64,000 nucleotides of DNA from a virus. Taxonomy: Duplodnaviria > Caudoviricetes. Position numbers and translations under genes: made by a program. The notes under the pieces are model-generated. The model saw only the letters and a program-made list of their open reading frames with translations. It made no database searches and was not told the origin of the DNA. Shown piece by piece: positions 58,610 through 64,000 of this stretch. The stretch is taken from the IMG/VR virus record IMGVR_UViG_3300014204_000151, positions 21,938 to 85,937 of that record; one strand, written 5' to 3'. Every line of letters starts with the position of its first letter. Within the stretch, counting starts at the first letter, position 1.

Positions 58610-59023
58610 TTAAAGATTTGAAGTAGAATTATTAACATTTTCCGACGAGTTGTTTATATTAGAATCTGAATTTATTGTGGAACTTACTGTCTTAGATTTA
58701 GTGAATTTTGATTTTATACAAGAAATTATATTTTTTATTTTAGCAACAATAATTGAAAAATATTTTACTATAGTTGAAAAAATAGTTGGATATTTTTTAT
58801 ACACAAATATTAATCCACTGAACGCTGTCGTCAATAAAACTAAAAAATTTCTTTGTGTCTTTACACTTCTAACTTTTTTATCAAGTGCTCTTACTTTTTG
58901 TTCTAATACAATTGATTGCTTTTGACATTCAACCAAAGAAGTTATTGGTTTCGTTGTATGAGTGAACATGCAACCAGAAAAAAACAAAATACATACTAAT
59001 CCAAAAAGTTTAAGATTTTTCAA
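58610..59023 (-). CDS. Lipoprotein with an internal TM (spanin-like topology)
   Basis: TTG start with GGAG SD, lipobox FSGC, coiled coil, TM FLVLLTTAFSGLIFVY. Confidence 0.55.
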   Translation of the reverse strand: MKNLKLFGLVCILFFSGCMFTHTTKPITSLVECQKQSIVLEQKVRALDKKVRSVKTQRNFLVLLTTAFSGLIFVYKKYPTIFSTIVKYFSIIVAKIKNIISCIKSKFTKSKTVSSTINSDSNINNSSENVNNSTSNL

Positions 59024-59056
59024 AATTATTTCTCCATTTGTTAAATATTACAAAAG

Positions 59057-59291
59057 CCCCTTTGAGGTTAATCGCTAAATTAACAAGTCAAAGAAGCTGT
59101 AAGTATTGGTGGGCGGCCCCCGCTACGCAGTAACCGCCCTATAAAAACCGCCAAATAATAAATGTGGCGGTATGAATTTATTGAATTTTTAAGACCAATT
59201 TTAATTTATCTTTTTAGCCGGGACTTCGCACAAAAGCGAACCATTCGCTAATAATAGTTTAATTGTCCTAAACGGACTTGTTTTGTCTTAT
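59057..59291 (-). ncRNA. Putative structured RNA leader with intrinsic terminator
   Basis: Multi-stem domain 59190-59291, terminator ACCGCCA/TGGCGGT+T run 59143-59171, hairpin GGGCGG/CCGCCC 59111-59139; GC-rich in AT-rich DNA. Confidence 0.5.
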
Positions 59292-59324
59292 AAAATTCTA
59301 AAATTTTTAATTCAAAGAACAAAA

Positions 59325-59531
59325 TTATTCATTACCCAAAAGAGAAAATCCATCTGCTAATCTACGATTATAATTTCCATCAGAAATCTCAACCATGGTA
59401 TCATTAGCAAACTCGTTAATATTTGCGGAAACAACTCCGGCACAACGCTTACACCGTTGTTGGCCACTTTTCCAAGTTTTATGGCAAATCTCTTTTTTAC
59501 AATCTATGCAATAATATTTAGTTTTTTCCAT
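59325..59531 (-). CDS. Small zinc-finger protein, first gene of the leftward operon
   Basis: YCIDC..EI......RCKRC. Confidence 0.55.
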   Translation of the reverse strand: MEKTKYYCIDCKKEICHKTWKSGQQRCKRCAGVVSANINEFANDTMVEISDGNYNRRLADGFSLLGNE

Positions 59532-59578
59532 ATATTTATTTTTTATTTATATTTTTCCCCAAGGCGTTTACACTATAG

Positions 59579-59608
59579 AATATAGCAAAAAATTGGTCGT
59601 TCGTGCAA
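59579..59608 (-). promoter_or_regulatory. Leftward promoter TTGCAC-N18-TATATT with TGn extension
   Basis: - strand TTGCAC...TGCTATATTCTATAGT, resembling the TGCTATACTTATAGT motif. Confidence 0.55.
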
Positions 59609-59619
59609 CTTTTTTTAAA

Positions 59620-62070
59620 ATATTTTTTTGTTGTAACTTGTTTAATTGCAAATAATTATGTAAAATGAAAAAACTTTTTTAAAAATAAAAAAATAATTCC
59701 CTAACTCTTTTATTTTCAATGGTTTACAATAAATGACTTTTTTGTTGTAAATTATTGCAATTACTTACTTTATAGGATATAATAAAAATAGATTCTATTT
59801 TGATTATTTTTTTCCCCTATTTTCTACCAAAATTAATTAAAATAGATTTTTTAAATTATTGTAGGATAGATTAATTTCTAAATTTAAAAAAGGTAGATAT
59901 GGGCTTAATTGCCTCTGGTAGATAACCGGAAGATACCTATAAATCGTTGCGGAACTAGGACTATTGAAAAATATAAAGTAAAAAAACACCGAAAAAAACT
60001 GATTGCATATAGATTATTCATATTATTATAATATATATAATAATCAATCTAGTATATTCATATTATTAATTATAAATAATTAAGATAATAATATATATAT
60101 ATAATAATATATTATAATAAAGTAATCAATAATCAATATAATATATAATAATAAATAATAATATATAATAAAAACAAATAATTAAGATTAATTAAGATAA
60201 TAATAAAAGCTTTTATTTATTTGTAGTTTTTAATTATAAAACCTAATTAAAAACTAGAAGCAAAGATGTTTTGAGTTAAAGCTCTCAAAACTGAAATTAG
60301 TAAAAAACCTACTAATTTCTAAAACCCATTATTGATCTTTACCAAGAAAAAAAGAAATAGTATGAATATTATTTACTTTGGTAAAAAGAATCCATAGGGC
60401 AAGGGAACCTTCCCCCCAGTTCCGTGAACCCCCCTTCCGGCAGAAAAAAAGAGTAATTTTATGATAGTTTACTTTCTGGATGTAAAATTGGGTATGTCCA
60501 GCGATATTAGAATGCCTCAAAAAACGACAAGGAGGTACCTACAATCAATTATTTTAATAAAATGGTACCCAACCACAGGTTCGGTTTTTTGCTATTTATG
60601 TAAATATTTGTAATTATTATGTTTGTGTTATATCTAAAAAAAATATCTAACTTTTTTCCGCTTTTTGACTTTTTTCGCCTTTTTTGTATAACATACTATA
60701 TTTAAACAAATTATAAAAATATAGAAAATTTAAAAAATACAAAAAACCTCGTAGGAGGCTCTACAATCAACGATTTCGTATTTTTTTGGGTGTGATATTT
60801 TTGTTTCCAAAGGTTATCATTTTTGATAATTTACAGAAACAGAATTTAATGGATAAAAAGATAAGAATATCAACATTTCATATTTTGCTCTAATTGGCGT
60901 GAAAAGTTAAATCAATATTAATTAATTTTTTTGATGATACCCTGAACGAGTTTTATCGTAACGAGATTTATCGTAACAGGTAGATAGAAGGTAGATTATA
61001 CAACCATATTAAATTATTAGAGTTATGAAAATATTACCAATAAGATTTTTAAAAATTAGAAACCATGAAAAATCAATCTACACTGTTGCAATTAAAGGAG
61101 TTAAGTATAATATTGTTGTAAGTTGTTTATTTGTAATAGGTAGATAAAAAGTAGATAAGTGATATTTGTAACAAAAAGTGTATATTATTTGTTACAGAAT
61201 AATACCCGAAAAGATACAAAAGATAAAAAAGAATGAATAATACTATTTAAAATGATTTTATTTTGGATAATTATACCTGATTGGAGATAAAAATTTGATA
61301 TTATTGAGTTAAAATATCAAGTATCTACACCTAAAAAGTAGATGCGGTAGGTATCCGGTAGATATAAAATAACTTGTTTATTTAGTAGTGTTTGTAAAAT
61401 TAATAAAAACAATGTTTGAAAAGTATCTACAGGGTAAATTTATAGAGAAAAAATAAAAGTAAAGAAATGATATTATAATCAATTCCCCAGTGATAGTAAT
61501 TAATTTATTTTGGTAAGCAGAAAGATAAAGAATTATTGATATTATTACCAAATTACCGATAATTACCGAAGGGTATCCGAGCTAAGCGTAATGGTTGGTC
61601 CGAAGGTATTATTGTGGAAATTAAATATAAGTGTAATAATTGCAATAAGTTAAATATGATTTTTTGATGATTTTATGTGCGCCGATAATGGGTTTTGATG
61701 GGTTTTTAATTTTGAATTAATAAAAAAATATAAAGTGTTGTAGAGTAATGAGTTGTGTAAAAATTTTAATTGATAAATGGAAATAGTGGTGTACCGATTT
61801 TGAAAGCCGGTTTTTTTGCTAAAAGAAACCCCGCCCCATTGTAACCCGTTGTGATACAATAACTTATAGCTTTTATTTGTCGGTTGTTTTGCATTATACT
61901 TATAATAGTATAATGATGAAAATTTGAGTTTTTGTTGTAACTCCTTTAATTGCAATAACTTATAACTTTTTCCTTTTTAACTATTCTTTATAACTTCTTT
62001 TTTTTCAATACTTTACATTTTCTTCTCTTCAACCACTCTAGCACAAGTAATAATTTATTTTATTTTTTTT
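59620..62070. other. Large non-coding divergent region, candidate replication origin / packaging control region
   Basis: No credible ORF; near-pure AT tract about 60000-60240; at least 10 GTAGAT copies; tandem 15-mer at 60946 and 10-mer at 61541; paired palindromes at both ends. Confidence 0.55.
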
Positions 62071-62071
62071 C

Positions 62072-62100
62072 TTGACAAATTTAAAATTGTATGTTATTAT
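62072..62100 (+). promoter_or_regulatory. Consensus sigma70 promoter TTGACA-N17-TATTAT (TGn extended)
   Basis: A/T-rich UP element upstream; AAGGAGG SD and ATG 62127 downstream. Confidence 0.85.
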
Positions 62101-62126
62101 TGTATTGTACTACAAAGGAGGCTAAC

Positions 62127-62261
62127 ATGATTAAACTAATTAAAGAGTATAAAGAGGGATTAAAAGAATTTTTCTGTTCTTCTTGTGGACACAAATTTAA
62201 CATTGCGAAGGATAATAAAAAAAACAAATGCCCGTATTGTGGAGAGGATAAATTGATTTAA
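62127..62261 (+). CDS. 44-aa zinc-ribbon protein (below the ORF track cutoff)
   Basis: AAGGAGG SD; CSSCG...CPYCG. Confidence 0.65.
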   Translation: MIKLIKEYKEGLKEFFCSSCGHKFNIAKDNKKNKCPYCGEDKLI

Positions 62262-62440
62262 TTTTTTGGGGTAAAAAAAAATGAAAAAACTTGACAATAT
62301 AGTTAACTTCCTGCGGGCAACAATACCGGGCAAAATCAATCAATCATATTGGATCTGTGCGCTAATAAAATTGGGAGATATAACCGAGGCGGAGGCGGGA
62401 TATATATTTAACCAATTGTAAAAAAATAAAAGGGGGCAAT

Positions 62441-62695
62441 ATGAACACTACAAAAGAGCAATTAGTTTTTGATCTTGCACAATTAGGATATAAGATAGAA
62501 GAAGAGAGCAGTTTTAACTATTATAATACTGCTAACGAAGACAAATGGTTGGCCCGCTCATGTTACATAATTGAGATTGATACTAGACTAAGTTTTGCCA
62601 ATATAAATGCTCGCCGGGATGATAACTTTAAAAAACTGCAAGCTTTGCGAACTGAGCGAGATTATATTATTAATGGTAGACGGTACGAACTATAA
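62441..62695 (+). CDS. Early hypothetical protein
   Basis: AGGGGG SD, ORF track. Confidence 0.6.
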   Translation: MNTTKEQLVFDLAQLGYKIEEESSFNYYNTANEDKWLARSCYIIEIDTRLSFANINARRDDNFKKLQALRTERDYIINGRRYEL

Positions 62696-62710
62696 AATAA
62701 GGAGGTATCC

Positions 62711-62893
62711 TTGTATCTCAAAACCACAATACAACAAGCCGGGGAGCGGATCAGAGCAATCAAAAAAATTGATGCCGGTATTACTCAAGCGGTATTGTAT
62801 ATTGATGCTGTGCCGTCGGTAGTAATTACCAAACAGGGAAAAAACAAATTTAGTAATATAACCCAAGCTAATATGTATATGAGGAGGGTATAA
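62711..62893 (+). CDS. Early hypothetical protein (TTG start)
   Basis: TAAGGAGGT SD. Confidence 0.6.
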   Translation: MYLKTTIQQAGERIRAIKKIDAGITQAVLYIDAVPSVVITKQGKNKFSNITQANMYMRRV

Positions 62894-62897
62894 TATT

Positions 62898-63050
62898 ATG
62901 GATTTTTTTACCGTTGAATATTATCGGGATAGATGGGTTACTATAGGGAGGCATTTGTCGATTGATGAAGCATATAAATTCGCTGGTAGTGTTGCAGGAG
63001 GATTATATACTAAGGGAAAATATTGTATTGTTAAGATAATAGCAGAATAA
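62898..63050 (+). CDS. 50-aa early hypothetical protein
   Basis: GGAGGG SD, open frame 62898-63050. Confidence 0.5.
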   Translation: MDFFTVEYYRDRWVTIGRHLSIDEAYKFAGSVAGGLYTKGKYCIVKIIAE

Positions 63051-63057
63051 TTTTTTC

Positions 63058-63085
63058 TTGACAAATTTAAAAATCGTGCTATACT
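63058..63085 (+). promoter_or_regulatory. sigma70 promoter TTGACA-N16-TATACT (TGn extended)
   Basis: Shares TTTTTTCTTGACAAATTTAAAA with the 62072 promoter. Confidence 0.8.
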
Positions 63086-63117
63086 TTAATTAAGTAAATC
63101 TAAAAAAGGAGGGAGAA

Positions 63118-63516
63118 ATGGATTATCAAAAGCGGGGAAGTGATTTTTTAAAGAAACATGATATTGTAATGAAAGTTAAATTTTTACGTCACGGGCCGCA
63201 TTTTATTGATGATAAAGAAAGCCGGGATATATTCAAAGTTGTTTTTTCGCGAAATAAACAAAAATACTTTTTAACTTTCGGACAATCTATTGCAGAGAGT
63301 ACCGGCTCAGGAGGAAAACCGCCAACAGCCTATGATGTTTTGAGCTGTCTTACAAAGTACGATCCGGGAAGTTTTGATAATTTTTGCGATGCTTATGGTT
63401 GTGATTCGGACAGTAGAAAAGCGGAAAAATTTTATAAATTAGTTAAAAAAGAATGGAATAATATCGATAAATTTTTTACCGTGGCAGAGGTTGAGGAATT
63501 AAAAGAAATACAATAA
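63118..63516 (+). CDS. Early phage hypothetical protein
   Basis: AAGGAGG SD; PTAYDVL.CL.KYDPG.F..FC motif. Confidence 0.7.
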   Translation: MDYQKRGSDFLKKHDIVMKVKFLRHGPHFIDDKESRDIFKVVFSRNKQKYFLTFGQSIAESTGSGGKPPTAYDVLSCLTKYDPGSFDNFCDAYGCDSDSRKAEKFYKLVKKEWNNIDKFFTVAEVEELKEIQ

Positions 63517-63531
63517 TTAAAGGGGGTAATT

Positions 63532-63831
63532 ATGAAAGTAAAATTTATCTGTGTGACTGTAAAGTGGTTTGATAAAGTAAATGGTAATACCTATCACAGC
63601 GTAAGAATTACCAGGATTAAGGATAATGCGGTTGTTGTAGGAGCATTTCAGTATGGTTATGGGGATCAGTATCAATATACCGCATTTGAGGCCATGTTTA
63701 AAGCCGGATGGATTCCTAAGAGGTATAATAAGGATAATGTATATCTCTATGAGAGGGAAAACAATTATCCTATCTATTGGGATTGTAGAGAAGGCAAAAA
63801 GCGGGAATGTATTGACAATGGGATATTGTAA
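63532..63831 (+). CDS. Early phage hypothetical protein
   Basis: WFDKVNGNTYHS...FQYGYG.QY motif, GGGGG SD. Confidence 0.7.
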   Translation: MKVKFICVTVKWFDKVNGNTYHSVRITRIKDNAVVVGAFQYGYGDQYQYTAFEAMFKAGWIPKRYNKDNVYLYERENNYPIYWDCREGKKRECIDNGIL

Positions 63832-63864
63832 TTACTTGGTAAAAAAATAAGGAGGGGTGATACT

Positions 63865-64000
63865 ATGAAAAACTACCAAAAGCAAATAGGAGACGGTAAA
63901 TTACCAAATAAGTATTGGGTATTTCAATATGATCAGAAATATAAAAGAGTAAAGGACGGTGATATTATAACCCTGGAGGTAATTTCAGAGGATAAAGAAA
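63865..64000 (+). CDS. Partial early gene running off the window
   Basis: AAGGAGG SD, ATG 63865, open to the end. Confidence 0.5.
   Translation, partial: MKNYQKQIGDGKLPNKYWVFQYDQKYKRVKDGDIITLEVISEDKE

Noticed and set aside
2574-58925. Many short opposite-strand or nested ORFs in the track (e.g. 2574, 4463, 17702, 18876, 40672, 46828, 54807)
   Set aside because: Shadow frames of well-supported genes, without SD or recognisable motifs
59057-59291. Known riboswitch (c-di-AMP, TPP, SAM-I) or self-cleaving ribozyme
   Set aside because: Only fragments (AGCGGGGG, CTGCGTAG, TAACCTC) resemble them; order and core motifs do not fit
60329-61955. ORFs 60329..60520 and 61650..61955
   Set aside because: TTG starts without SD inside the repeat-rich control region, with no protein-like signal
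59620-62070. CRISPR mini-array
   Set aside because: Repeats are short, irregularly spaced and lack uniform spacers
1-64000. Alternative genetic code
   Set aside because: Long genes are intact in code 11, and the gaps I checked are filled by small SD-bearing ORFs
1-64000. tRNA, rRNA, integrase or att site
   Set aside because: No T-loop/cloverleaf, rRNA signature or recombinase recognised

Overview
The whole window reads as part of a very AT-rich tailed-phage genome (Caudoviricetes, probably siphovirus-like: tape measure and tail tube genes, no sheath). No host housekeeping genes, integrase, tRNA, rRNA or CRISPR array were recognised. (1) 0.1-28.4 kb, + strand: early/middle genes, including SpoVG, a RuvC-like resolvase, a trypsin-like protease, a Ser-less acyl-carrier-like protein, two DNA methyltransferases, a nucleoside deoxyribosyltransferase-like gene beside a dATP/dGTP diphosphohydrolase, SbcD-ClpP-SbcC, a sigma-like factor, homing endonucleases and a terminal glyco-modification cluster (2 SAM methyltransferases, GT4-like/LicD/GT2 fusion, GT2, Maf/MptE-like). 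(2) 28.6-59.5 kb, - strand: one long morphogenesis operon with a structured RNA leader, a collagen fibre next to a YkgJ-GT2-TPR-methyltransferase fusion, terminase, portal-ChaB, protease/scaffold, capsid, neck, tail tube, an intein-containing tape measure and tail tip genes. (3) 59.6-62.1 kb: non-coding origin-like region with an extreme AT tract, GTAGAT repeats and paired 25-bp palindromes. (4) 62.1-64 kb, + strand: small genes behind strong sigma70-type promoters. The best candidate for an undescribed system is a phage-encoded, flagellin/exosporium-style glycosylation and methylation pathway for a Thr-rich collagen virion fibre. All calls rest on motif recognition and synteny by eye; no database searches were run.
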